From a candidate division WOR-3 bacterium (GTDB lineage: Bacteria; Hydrothermota; Tepidihabitantia; Tepidihabitantales; Tepidihabitantaceae): a stretch of DNA of 40,480 bases. Made by a program: the position numbers and the translations under genes. The notes beneath the pieces were generated by a model. That model did not search any database. It had not been told where the DNA came from and was given only the letters and a program-made list of their open reading frames with translations. This document shows, piece after piece, positions 27,323 through 38,485 of the stretch; the stretch's first letter is position 1; the number at the start of each line of letters is the position of its first letter. The stretch lies in contig CBFGIY010000014.1 of assembly GCA_965648935.1 (NCBI GenBank), positions 1-40,480 on the forward strand, in the 5' to 3' direction.

Positions 27323-27888
27323 GCGAGCTTGTCCGCTGTTTCCTCGCGGTCGAAATCCCGGGCAGGGTTCGGGCCGAAGTCGCGGCACTGCTGGCGGAAC
27401 TGCGCCAGAGGCCCGGTCCGGCGGTGCGCTGGGTGAAGCCGGATGTGATGCACCTTACCCTGGTGTTTCTGGGTGAGGTGGCGCCGGGACTTGTCCGCTC
27501 GGCCGATGCCGAACTCGCCCGTGTCCTGCCGGGGCTGGCGCCGTTTCCCTGCCGGCTGGCCGGCCTGGGCGCGTTTCCCGGTCCGGGGCGGGCGCGCGTC
27601 GTCTGGGTCGGGGTCGACACGGGGCGCGACGCGCTCATCGGCGCGCAGCGGGCCGCGGTACGGGCACTTCAGCGTATCGGCTTCACGCCCGAGCGCAGGC
27701 CGTTCAGCCCGCACCTGACCCTGGGCCGTCTGCGCGAGCCGGGCGATGTGCGCGAGGTTTCCGGCACGCGCTTCGAGTCCGAGCCGTTCCAGGTCGAGCG
27801 GGCAGTGCTGTTTCGAAGCGTGCTGCGGCCGCAAGGGCCGGAGTATTCGGTGCTGCACGAGTACCCGTTTGGCCGGGCAGAGCCTTGA
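27319..27888 (+). CDS. thpR: RNA 2',3'-cyclic phosphodiesterase (2H family)
   Basis: Two HxT motifs, MHLTLVFLG and PHLTLGR; GTGA overlap with cinA. Confidence 0.93.
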   Translation: MSELVRCFLAVEIPGRVRAEVAALLAELRQRPGPAVRWVKPDVMHLTLVFLGEVAPGLVRSADAELARVLPGLAPFPCRLAGLGAFPGPGRARVVWVGVDTGRDALIGAQRAAVRALQRIGFTPERRPFSPHLTLGRLREPGDVREVSGTRFESEPFQVERAVLFRSVLRPQGPEYSVLHEYPFGRAEP

Positions 27889-27912
27889 CAAGCGCGGCTG
27901 GCGGCCCATCAT
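27885..27912 (+). promoter_or_regulatory. Possible promoter of nfeD-SPFH
   Basis: TTGACA-16 nt-CATCAT. Confidence 0.35.
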
Positions 27913-27962
27913 CTGGCGTCGGCGCCCGGCCGCTGCCGGCCGCGCGGCGTTGAGGAGAAGCA

Positions 27963-28406
27963 ATGTTCAAGATGTCACCCGCTCTCTGGATCATCGTCGG
28001 GCTCGCGCTCGTCGTGCTGGAGATGGTCGTGCCCGGGCTGATAATCATCTGGTTCGGCATCGGCGCGATCGTCGCCGGTCTCGTCGCGCTGCTTGTCCCG
28101 AACCTCTATGTCCAGTTCGCAGTGTTCGTCGTGGTGTCGGGCGCGCTCGTGGTGCTGTCGCAGCGGATCGCACGGCGCATCACCCGGCCCGAGCCCGAGC
28201 CGGTCGGCGCTAACCGGCTGTCGGGCGCGCACGGCCGGGTCGTTGCGGACATCGTGCCGCCCGCGGCCGGCCGGGTCTCGGTGCTGGGCGAGGAGTGGCG
28301 GGCCGAATCGGCCGCGCCAATCAAGGCCGGCGCGACGGTCAGAGTGATTGCGGTAAGCGGAACCCGGCTGGTCGTGGAGCCGGCCGAGGAGAGGAGTGAG
28401 TCGTGA
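27963..28406 (+). CDS. NfeD-family (short) membrane protein
   Basis: Three TMs plus an OB-fold-like [12 protein letters not shown]...VSGTRLVV; adjacent to SPFH. Confidence 0.9.
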   Translation: MFKMSPALWIIVGLALVVLEMVVPGLIIIWFGIGAIVAGLVALLVPNLYVQFAVFVVVSGALVVLSQRIARRITRPEPEPVGANRLSGAHGRVVADIVPPAAGRVSVLGEEWRAESAAPIKAGATVRVIAVSGTRLVVEPAEERSES

Positions 28407-29317
28407 TTGTAGCGATAGCGATCTTCGTGTTCTTCCTTGCCCTGCTGGGCATCAAGATTGTCCGGCCCTACGAGCGGGCCTGTGTCGAGCGGCTGGGCAA
28501 GTACCAGCGCACGGTCCAGCCCGGATTGAACTTCATCCTGCCGTTCCTCGAGCGGCTGATAAAGGTCGACATGCGCGAGCAGGTGGTCGACGTGCCGCCG
28601 CAGGAGGTCATCACCAAGGACAACGCGACCGTCACGGTCGACGCGATCATCTACTACGAGGTCACCGACCCGGTGCGGGTGCTTTACAACGTCGCCCAGT
28701 TCCGGCTGGCGACAATCAAGCTGGCCCAGACCAACCTGCGCAACGTCATCGGCGACCTGAGCCTGGACGAGTCGCTCACCTCGCGCGAGCGCATCAACGC
28801 CAAGCTGCGCGACGTGCTGGACGAGGCGACCGACAAGTGGGGCGCGAAGGTCACCCGCGTCGAGCTGCAGCGCATCGAGCCGCCGGGCGACGTGACCGAG
28901 GCGATGCACCGCCAGATGAAGGCCGAGCGCGACCGGCGGGCCGCCGTGCTGGAGGCCGAGGGCCACAAGCAGGCCCAGATTCTCAAGGCGGACGGCGAGC
29001 GGCAGGCGCGCGTGCTCGAGGCGACCGGCCAGGCCGAGGCGATCGAGCGCGTGGCCACGGCCGAGAAGTTCAAGCTGCTGACAGTGGCCGAGGGCGAGGC
29101 GCAGGCGATCGAGCGCGTGTACGCGGCCATCCACAAGGGCAATCCGACGCGCGACCTGATAACCATCAAGTACCTCGAGGCGCTGGCCAAGATGGCCGAG
29201 GGCAAGGCGACCAAGATGTTCATACCGTACGAGGCCTCGGGCGTCATCAGCTCGCTGGCCGTGGTCGCCGAGGCGCTGCGCGGCGGGGCGCAGCCGCCCT
29301 CAACTCCGGTCAAGTAG
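28403..29317 (+). CDS. SPFH/Band 7/PHB domain protein (QmcA/paraslipin-like)
   Basis: [36 protein letters not shown]. Confidence 0.94.
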   Translation: MIVAIAIFVFFLALLGIKIVRPYERACVERLGKYQRTVQPGLNFILPFLERLIKVDMREQVVDVPPQEVITKDNATVTVDAIIYYEVTDPVRVLYNVAQFRLATIKLAQTNLRNVIGDLSLDESLTSRERINAKLRDVLDEATDKWGAKVTRVELQRIEPPGDVTEAMHRQMKAERDRRAAVLEAEGHKQAQILKADGERQARVLEATGQAEAIERVATAEKFKLLTVAEGEAQAIERVYAAIHKGNPTRDLITIKYLEALAKMAEGKATKMFIPYEASGVISSLAVVAEALRGGAQPPSTPVK

Positions 29318-29345
29318 CGCCGCCGGACCGAGCTTCATTGACACC

Positions 29346-32078
29346 GTGAAACCCACGGACAAGAGGGGTAACGCGTCCGAGTGCTGGTACGCCCAGTCGG
29401 CCGATGCCGCGCTGGTCGGGCTGCAGAGCAGCGCGGCCGGACTCGACCCGACCGAGGCGGCTAGCCGTCTTGCCGAGCACGGCCCGAACGCGCTCATCGA
29501 ACGCGGCGGCCGCAGCCCGCTGGCGATTCTCAAGGACCAGTTCACGTCGGTGATGGTGCTGCTCCTGATCGGGGCGGCGGTGGTGTCGGTTTTGCTCGGT
29601 GAGTACACCGATGCCGCGGTCATTGCCGTCATCGTCGTTCTCAACGGCGTGCTCGGCTTCGTGCAGGAGTACCGCGCCGAACGGGCGATGCAGGCGCTCA
29701 AGTCGCTCGCCGTGCCCGTGGTGCGGGTGCGGCGCGGCGGCCACGTTGTCGAGACCTCGGCGCGCGAGCTGGTGCCGGGCGACGTGGTGCTGCTGGAGGC
29801 GGGCAGCGCGGTGCCGGCCGACGGCCGGCTGCTTGAGGCGGCCAACCTGAGGGTGCAGGAGGCGACGCTCACCGGCGAAAGCGAGCCGGTCGAGAAGACG
29901 GCCGAAGCGCTGCCCGAGGGCGACCGGGCCCTGGGCGACCGGCGCAACATGGTCTACCTCGGCACGGCGGTCGTGGCCGGGCGCGGCGCCCTGGTCGTCA
30001 CCAGCACCGGGATGAACACCGAGCTCGGGCGCATCGCCGAAATGCTTCAGTCGGTCGACCGCGAGCCGACGCCGCTGCAGCGGCGGATGGTCCAGCTCGG
30101 CCGCGGCCGGCTGCTCGCCGTGATCGTGCTGGTCGGGCTGGTGTTCGCGGTCGGGCTGCTCCGGCACTCGGCCGAGCTGCGCGTGCTGATTCTGACAGCG
30201 ATCAGCATGGCCGTGGCCGCGGTACCTGAGGCCCTGCCTGCGGTCGTGACCATAGCGCTTGCTCTGGGCGCGCAGCGGATGCTCAAGCGGCGCGCGCTGA
30301 TGCGCAAGCTGCCCGCGGTCGAGACTCTCGGTTCGGTGGATGTCATCTGCTCGGACAAGACCGGCACGCTGACCGAGAACCGGATGACCGTGACCGTGCT
30401 CGACGTGGCCGGGCGCCGGTTCGAGGTCACGCCGCAGACCAGCCGGGACGACGCGGCCGGCGCCGGCTCGCCCGCGCTCGAACTGCTGCTGGCCGGCGGC
30501 GCCCTGTGCAACGACGCCGAGCTGGAACTGGGCGCGGACGGCCGGCACCGCTACATCGGCGACCCGACCGAGGGCGCGCTCGTCGTGGCGGCGAGCCGGT
30601 TCGGGTTCGACAAGCCGGACCTGGTCAGGGCGCTGCCGCGCGTGGCCGAGGTGCCGTTCTCTTCCGAGCGCAAGCGCATGACCACGGTGCACCGGGTGGG
30701 CGCGGGGCGGGTCGCGGAGCTGCTCGGCGCGGCCGGGCTGGGCGATGAGTTTGTCGCGGTGACCAAGGGCGCGGTTGACGTCATACTGGCCGACGCGGCG
30801 AGCGTGCTCGACGGCAACAGCGTCGTGCCGCTGGACGGGGTGATGCGCGAGCGCATCGGAGCGGCAAACGACCGGCTGGCAGGCAGCGGGATGCGGGTGC
30901 TCGGGCTGGCGATGCGGCCGCTTGCAACCATGCCCGAGCGCGTCGACGAGGCCTCGGTTGAGCGCGGCACGGTTTTTGTCGGGCTCGTCGCGATGATCGA
31001 CCCGGCGCGTTCCGAGGTGAAGGACGCGGTCGCGACCTGCCGGCAGGCCGGCATCAGGCCGGTGATGATAACCGGTGACCACCCGCTGACCGCGCGCTAC
31101 ATCGCGGCCGAACTGGCCCTGGCCGGGACGGACAGCGAAGTGTTGACCGGGGTGGACCTGGCCCGGCTGGGCCCGGACGAGCTCGAGGCGGTCGCGGAGA
31201 GCACTCCGGTCTATGCGCGGGTCGCGCCCGAGCACAAGCTGGCAATCGTCGAGGCGCTGCAGCGCCGGGGCCATGTCGTGGCGATGACCGGCGACGGCGT
31301 GAACGACGCGCCGGCGCTTCGGCGTGCCGACATCGGCGTGGCGATGGGCATCACCGGCACCGATGTTTCCAAGGAAGCCGCGGACATGGTGCTGCTCGAC
31401 GACAACTTCGCGACCATCGTCGCCGCGGTCGAAGAGGGCCGGGTCATCTACGACAACATCCGCAAGTTTCTGAGGTACACTCTGACCTCGAACGCGGGCG
31501 AAATATGGGTGATGCTCGTGGCGCCGTTCCTGGGGATGCCGATGGCGCTGCTGCCGGTGCAGATACTTTGGGTGAACCTGGTGACCGACGGGCTACCCGG
31601 GCTGGCGCTCACGGTCGAGCCGGCCGAGCGCGACACGATGCGGCGCCGGCCATACCACCCTTCCGACAACATCTTCGGCCGTGGCCTGGCCGTGGACGTG
31701 ATATGGGTGGGCCTTGTGATGGCGCTCGTCGCGCTGGCGGTCGGGTTCTTCTCGTGGCGGGCAGACCCGGCCGGGCGCTGGCAGACGATGCTCTTCTTCA
31801 CGCTGACGGTCTGCCAGATGGGCAACGCGCTGGCGACCCGATCCGAGTTCGACTCGTTCTTCTCAGGCGGGCGGCGGTCCAACCACGCGCTGACCGGCGC
31901 GGTGCTCCTGACGCTCGGGCTGCAGATGGCCGTGACCTACGTGCCGTTCCTGCAGAGGATGTTCTCGACCGCGGCCCTGACGCCTGCCGAGCTGGGAATC
32001 TGCCTCGCGGCGAGCACGGTCGTGTTCCTGTCGATCGAGCTGGTCAAACTGGCCAAGCGGGCCGCGGCCCGGCGCTGA
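29346..32078 (+). CDS. Cation-translocating P-type ATPase (P2A / Ca2+-type)
   Basis: TGES, VPEALP, DKTGTLT, GDPTE, MITGD, GDGVND, NLVTDGLP. Confidence 0.95.
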   Translation: MKPTDKRGNASECWYAQSADAALVGLQSSAAGLDPTEAASRLAEHGPNALIERGGRSPLAILKDQFTSVMVLLLIGAAVVSVLLGEYTDAAVIAVIVVLNGVLGFVQEYRAERAMQALKSLAVPVVRVRRGGHVVETSARELVPGDVVLLEAGSAVPADGRLLEAANLRVQEATLTGESEPVEKTAEALPEGDRALGDRRNMVYLGTAVVAGRGALVVTSTGMNTELGRIAEMLQSVDREPTPLQRRMVQLGRGRLLAVIVLVGLVFAVGLLRHSAELRVLILTAISMAVAAVPEALPAVVTIALALGAQRMLKRRALMRKLPAVETLGSVDVICSDKTGTLTENRMTVTVLDVAGRRFEVTPQTSRDDAAGAGSPALELLLAGGALCNDAELELGADGRHRYIGDPTEGALVVAASRFGFDKPDLVRALPRVAEVPFSSERKRMTTVHRVGAGRVAELLGAAGLGDEFVAVTKGAVDVILADAASVLDGNSVVPLDGVMRERIGAANDRLAGSGMRVLGLAMRPLATMPERVDEASVERGTVFVGLVAMIDPARSEVKDAVATCRQAGIRPVMITGDHPLTARYIAAELALAGTDSEVLTGVDLARLGPDELEAVAESTPVYARVAPEHKLAIVEALQRRGHVVAMTGDGVNDAPALRRADIGVAMGITGTDVSKEAADMVLLDDNFATIVAAVEEGRVIYDNIRKFLRYTLTSNAGEIWVMLVAPFLGMPMALLPVQILWVNLVTDGLPGLALTVEPAERDTMRRRPYHPSDNIFGRGLAVDVIWVGLVMALVALAVGFFSWRADPAGRWQTMLFFTLTVCQMGNALATRSEFDSFFSGGRRSNHALTGAVLLTLGLQMAVTYVPFLQRMFSTAALTPAELGICLAASTVVFLSIELVKLAKRAAARR

Positions 32079-32096
32079 ACGGCCGGCCGGGTTATC

Positions 32097-32124
32097 TTGA
32101 CTCTTTCCGGCCGGGGTCTAGAAT
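32097..32124 (+). promoter_or_regulatory. Promoter of tRNA-Arg
   Basis: TTGACT-16 nt-TAGAAT, 10 nt before the tRNA. Confidence 0.75.
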
Positions 32125-32134
32125 GACCGATAAC

Positions 32135-32208
32135 GCCCCTGTAGCTCAGACGGATAGAGCGGCGGTTTCCTAAACCGCAGGCCAGGCGTTCGAATCGCCT
32201 CAGGGGTA
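32135..32208 (+). tRNA. tRNA-Arg(CCT)
   Basis: GCCCCTG...CAGGGGT-A acceptor stem, anticodon arm GCGGT-TTCCTAA-ACCGC, T-loop TTCGAAT; CCA not encoded. Confidence 0.96.
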
Positions 32209-32222
32209 GAAACAGGTATACG

Positions 32223-34480
<2,258 letters not shown>

Positions 34481-34718
34481 CGGCAGACTGACGCAGTTCG
34501 CCATCGGCCCGCGCGCTGCGCGGGCCGACGGCTTTCGGACGGACGCGGCGTGACGGCCGACCGCGGCCCTCAGGGACGGGCCGGCAACGGTGCCGCGTCG
34601 AACGCTCCGAAAGGTCTGGACGCCTATACCCTGCGTTGGATTGGGCGACGGGCAGCCAGTTGTGGCGACAACCGGACCGGCCAATTTCGGGGCAAGAGCC
34701 CGGCAAGATGGCCCGGTC

Positions 34719-34826
34719 GTTGTCGGCGAAGCTGGGATGGCAGTTGGGCCGGGCGCAGCGCGGATAGTCGGGCTAGGCGTTTGCCCCGATGTTGGAGTGC
34801 GGGTTGGCGGGCGAGTCGAGGCGATT
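34719..34826. repeat. Degenerate 12-nt-period tract
   Basis: GTT/GTC (twice GCT/GCA) recurs exactly every 12 nt at 34719, 34731, 34743, 34755, 34767, 34779, 34791, 34803 and 34815, usually followed by G. Confidence 0.5.
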
Positions 34827-34931
34827 CAAGGGGCGATGGAAGCGGCCCAGGGGGCGGGGGAGTCATCGACAGGCGCGACCCGCTGCGATGTGCAATCCCC
34901 AGGCTGGACTGCAGTTAGACAGCCAGGCAGT

Positions 34932-34962
34932 TTGACCTCCACTATAACCTTGGTTATAGTGG
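34932..34962 (+). promoter_or_regulatory. Promoter with overlapping perfect palindromic operator
   Basis: TTGACC-17 nt-TATAGT; IR CCACTATAACC-tt-GGTTATAGTGG (34939-34962). Confidence 0.8.
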
Positions 34963-34970
34963 CTCTGCAA

Positions 34971-35666
34971 ATGGCCAGGTACGATACGTTCAGGTTCGAC
35001 GCGTTGCTCGGCGCGCGGTTACGCGAACTGCGCGACCGGGCGGGCCTCACCCAGCTTGCGCTGGTCGTAGCGATGGGCCGGCAGGGCAAGGGCTGGCACG
35101 TCTGGGTCAGTCGGCTGGAGCTGGGAAAGTACCCTAACCCGGCACTGGCCCTGATTGCCGACTACCTGCGCGCGTGCCGGGCGACGTTCGCCGAGATTGC
35201 CGACCTGCTCGACCGCTACACGACGCTGCCGGTGAAGGCCGAGGTGCGGACGAGAGCCGCGGTGCGAGCGGCCGTGGCGAAGCAGGCGCCCAAAGACCAG
35301 CTCGCGGCCATCAAGTATGACGTGAAGATTGCGCAGGCGCGCGAGCGCGCAGGCCGCAAGCCCGAGTCGGAAGAGAAGAGAGTTCAGCGGGTGCTGCGCC
35401 AGCAGGAGAGCGAGGAGCGGGCGCGGCAGTTGCGCCGGCTGGTGGTTGAAGTCATCGACCGGGAGAAGCTCGTGCCCGGGCTTGAGAACGAGCGGCACCT
35501 GCAGGCTTATGCGGCGAAGCTTGCGCGCATCCTGCGGCGGGCGTCACCCGCGAACCGTGCCGTTGCTGCGCAGGTCGAGTTAGAGAAGTTCATCGCGGCC
35601 AGCGGCCTGCCGCCAGACCTGGTTGGGCCGGTCCACGAAGCGGTGGCTCAGCTGTCACGGGATTAG
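34971..35666 (+). CDS. XRE-family HTH protein with uncharacterised helical C-terminal domain
   Basis: LGARLRELRDRAGLTQ...VSRLELG..NP; ATG 10 nt after the -10 box. Confidence 0.82.
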   Translation: MARYDTFRFDALLGARLRELRDRAGLTQLALVVAMGRQGKGWHVWVSRLELGKYPNPALALIADYLRACRATFAEIADLLDRYTTLPVKAEVRTRAAVRAAVAKQAPKDQLAAIKYDVKIAQARERAGRKPESEEKRVQRVLRQQESEERARQLRRLVVEVIDREKLVPGLENERHLQAYAAKLARILRRASPANRAVAAQVELEKFIAASGLPPDLVGPVHEAVAQLSRD

Positions 35667-35683
35667 GCAGCCCATACAACTGA

Positions 35684-35709
35684 AGCGGGGCGGCAGATTC
35701 CGCCCCGCT
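35684..35709. terminator. Hairpin between the convergent XRE and malic enzyme genes
   Basis: AGCGGGGCGG-cagatt-CCGCCCCGCT, 10-bp stem. Confidence 0.6.
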
Positions 35710-35725
35710 GCGATTTCAGACTCTC

Positions 35726-37078
35726 TCAGTCCGCGGGCGCTGCGGGGATGAAGCCGTCCTTCATCAGCGACTGCGTGAGCTCGCGGGCGTGTTTGATGGT
35801 GGCCGTGGCTTTCTTGAGCAGTTCTTCGCGGGTCATTGTTATGCGGGCGACGCCCTGCTCGATGGCTTTCATTCCGACCGCTACCGCTTCGCGCGGGTAG
35901 ACTTCCCAGTCGTCCATCGTCGGCACGAGGTAGTCCTGCTTCAGGCCGCGGTCCTCGGCGACCTTGGCGAGCTCCAGGGCGGCCGCGATGCACATCTCGT
36001 CGGTGATGGTCCGGGCGTTGACGTCGAGAGTGCCGCGGAAGATGCCGGGGAACCCCAGCGAGTTGTTGACCTGGTTGGGGAAGTCGCTTCTGCCGGTGGC
36101 GACGACCGCGGCGCCGGCCTCAAGCGCGTCCCAGGGCCAGATTTCCGGAATCGGGTTGGCGCAGACAAAGACGACCGCGTCCTTGGCCATCGAGCTTATC
36201 CACTCGGGTTTCACCGTGTCCGGCCCGGGCGTGGAGAGAGCGATGAGCACGTCGGCGCCCTTGATGGCGTCAGCGATGGTGCCGCGTTCGTCCCACTTGT
36301 TGGATACCTCGCACATGTGCCACTTTTCCTTGAACTTTTCCTTGAGCTCGGTCCGGCCCTTGTGGAGCGTGCCCTTGGAGTCGCACATGATGCAGTTCTC
36401 GGCCGTTACGCCGCCCTTGATGCAGACGCGGGCGATGGCGATGTTGGACGCGCCGGCGCCGAGGAACACGACCTTGACCTTGGCGATGTCCTTGCCGACG
36501 AACTTGAGCGCGTTGACCAGCCCGGCGTAGGTGACCGCGGCGGTACCCTGCTGGTCATCGTGCCAGACCGGGACGTTCATCTCCTCGCGCAGAGTGTCGA
36601 GGATGCGGAAGCACTTGGGCTGGGCGATGTCTTCGAGGTTGAAGCCGCCGAAGGAGGGCTCAAGGAGCTTGGCGGTGCGGATGAACTCGTCCGGGTCCTT
36701 GGTGCGCAGGGCGATGGGCACGCAGTCGACGCCGCCGAGGTACTTGAACAGGATGGCCTTGCCTTCCATCACCGGCATCGAGGCCTCGGGTCCGATGTCG
36801 CCGAGCCCGAGCACGCGGGTGCCGTCGGTGAGCACGCAGATGGTGTTGGCGCGGTTGGTGTGGATGAAGGACGTCTCGGGGTTTGCCTGGATGTCCTTGC
36901 AGGGCGCGGCTACGCCCGGGGTGTACCAGATGGCGAAGTCGTTGAAGTCGCGGATGCAGCATTTGGGCACGGTCTGGTACTTGCCCTTGTAGAACGGGTG
37001 GAGCTTCATCGCGTCGGCCGCGGGCTTCTTGGCCTTGGCGACGAGCTGTTCGATTTCGGCCGGGGACAGTTTCTTCAC
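35726..37078 (-). CDS. NAD(P)-dependent malic enzyme (stand-alone, no PTA domain)
   Basis: YTPGVA, DGTRVLGLGDIG, PVMEGKA, NLEDI, HDDQQGT, ATGRSDFPNQVNN. Confidence 0.95.
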   Translation of the reverse strand: MKKLSPAEIEQLVAKAKKPAADAMKLHPFYKGKYQTVPKCCIRDFNDFAIWYTPGVAAPCKDIQANPETSFIHTNRANTICVLTDGTRVLGLGDIGPEASMPVMEGKAILFKYLGGVDCVPIALRTKDPDEFIRTAKLLEPSFGGFNLEDIAQPKCFRILDTLREEMNVPVWHDDQQGTAAVTYAGLVNALKFVGKDIAKVKVVFLGAGASNIAIARVCIKGGVTAENCIMCDSKGTLHKGRTELKEKFKEKWHMCEVSNKWDERGTIADAIKGADVLIALSTPGPDTVKPEWISSMAKDAVVFVCANPIPEIWPWDALEAGAAVVATGRSDFPNQVNNSLGFPGIFRGTLDVNARTITDEMCIAAALELAKVAEDRGLKQDYLVPTMDDWEVYPREAVAVGMKAIEQGVARITMTREELLKKATATIKHARELTQSLMKDGFIPAAPAD

Positions 37079-37102
37079 TTGGTCACTCCTTGTTCACTTC
37101 GG

Positions 37103-38374
37103 TCAGGCCGCGGGCTTCTTCGGCGCGGGCGCCTTGAGGAAGAAGCTTGCCGCGGCGGCGGCGATGCAGAGCACGCCGGTGAGGATGAAGGCAAAGTTGT
37201 AGCTGCCGGTCAGCTCTTTCACGCGAGGGGCGAAGATGTTTGACAGCAGGCCGCCGACACCATAGGCGGTGAAAATGAAGCCGTAATTGACGCCGGCGTG
37301 GCGGGTTCCGTAGTAGTCGGCGTTGACCGCCGGGTACGTGGCGAGATAGCCGCCGAAGGTGGCCCCGACCAGCGCGATGCCGAACCAGAATACGACCGGC
37401 GCGGCGGGAATGAGGAAGTAGCCGAACACCGCGACGGCGTTGATGAGGTACATCAGGAAGAGCGTGCGCGCGCGGCCGATGGAGTCGGACACCCGGCCCC
37501 AGAAGATGCGGCCGAGCGTGTTGAAGATGGCCAGCACCGATACGCCGACCGCGGCGGTCGCGCCGTCAAACTTCGCCAGTTCCTGGGCGATGGGCGAGGT
37601 CTGGCCGATCATCATCAGGCCGGCGGCGCAGCCGGCGAAGTACATCAGCCAGATGACCCAGAACTGCCAGGTGCCGAGCATCTGGCCCGTGGTGTAGTCG
37701 GTTTTGACCGCGGTCCCGGCCGCGGGCTGGGGCGGGTTCCAGCCGGCCGGCTTGTACCCGGCAGGCGGGTTGCGCAGGAACAGGCCGCCGAGCACGACGA
37801 GCACGAGATAGGCTATGCCGAGCCAGAGGAACGTCTGCCAGACGCCGAGGTTGGGCAGTTCGAAGAGACTCGCGCCCATGAGTTTGTAGGGCGTGCCCGA
37901 TATCAGGCCCTGGGCCAGCGGCGCGGCGAAGAACGCGCCCGCGCCGAACCCGGCGACCGCGAGCCCGGTGATGAGGCCGCGCTTGTCGGGGAACCACTTG
38001 ACCCCGGCGGCGATGGGGCAGACATAGGCGAAACCGATGCCGATGCCGGAGATGATGCCGTAACCGACCACGAGCATGCCGATACCACGGGCAAAGCTGG
38101 CCAGCACCATGCCGGCCGCGAGCAGGACGCCGCCGATGACGGCGACGATCTTGGGGCCGAGCTTGTCCTGGAGCCGGCCGCCGACCACGGTGGCCAGCGC
38201 GAACGATATCAGCACGACCGAGAACGGCAGGGACGCCTGGGTCGGGGAGATGCCCAGTTCGGCCTCGAGCGGCTTGCGGAAGACGCTCCAGGCATAGATG
38301 GCGCCGAGGCAGACCTGCACGAGCAGGGCGCCGATGACGATGAGCCAGCGATTGTATGCCTTGTTCTCACTCAC
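37103..38374 (-). CDS. OFA (oxalate:formate antiporter / monocarboxylate) family MFS transporter
   Basis: GAIYAWSVF, GRLQDKLGP, KWFPDKRG...GFGAG, GRIFWGRVSD, NYG. Confidence 0.9.
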   Translation of the reverse strand: MSENKAYNRWLIVIGALLVQVCLGAIYAWSVFRKPLEAELGISPTQASLPFSVVLISFALATVVGGRLQDKLGPKIVAVIGGVLLAAGMVLASFARGIGMLVVGYGIISGIGIGFAYVCPIAAGVKWFPDKRGLITGLAVAGFGAGAFFAAPLAQGLISGTPYKLMGASLFELPNLGVWQTFLWLGIAYLVLVVLGGLFLRNPPAGYKPAGWNPPQPAAGTAVKTDYTTGQMLGTWQFWVIWLMYFAGCAAGLMMIGQTSPIAQELAKFDGATAAVGVSVLAIFNTLGRIFWGRVSDSIGRARTLFLMYLINAVAVFGYFLIPAAPVVFWFGIALVGATFGGYLATYPAVNADYYGTRHAGVNYGFIFTAYGVGGLLSNIFAPRVKELTGSYNFAFILTGVLCIAAAAASFFLKAPAPKKPAA

Positions 38375-38412
38375 TGAAAAGCCTCCTGAGGATAACGGCG
38401 CGGCGGATTGAG

Positions 38413-38445
38413 CAGGGCGGGGACGCGTTCGGCGTCCCCGCCCTG
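38413..38445. other. Perfect 14-bp intergenic hairpin between acs and the MFS gene
   Basis: CAGGGCGGGGACGC-gttcg-GCGTCCCCGCCCTG; no U-tract. Confidence 0.6.
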
Positions 38446-38485
38446 TCGTGTGGTTGCGAGCTTCTGGCCGTAAACCGCCAGCCTT

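Noticed and set aside
29338..29366. TTGACA just before the P-type ATPase start
   Set aside because: No plausible -10 at 16-18 nt spacing; the gene is probably co-transcribed with SPFH.
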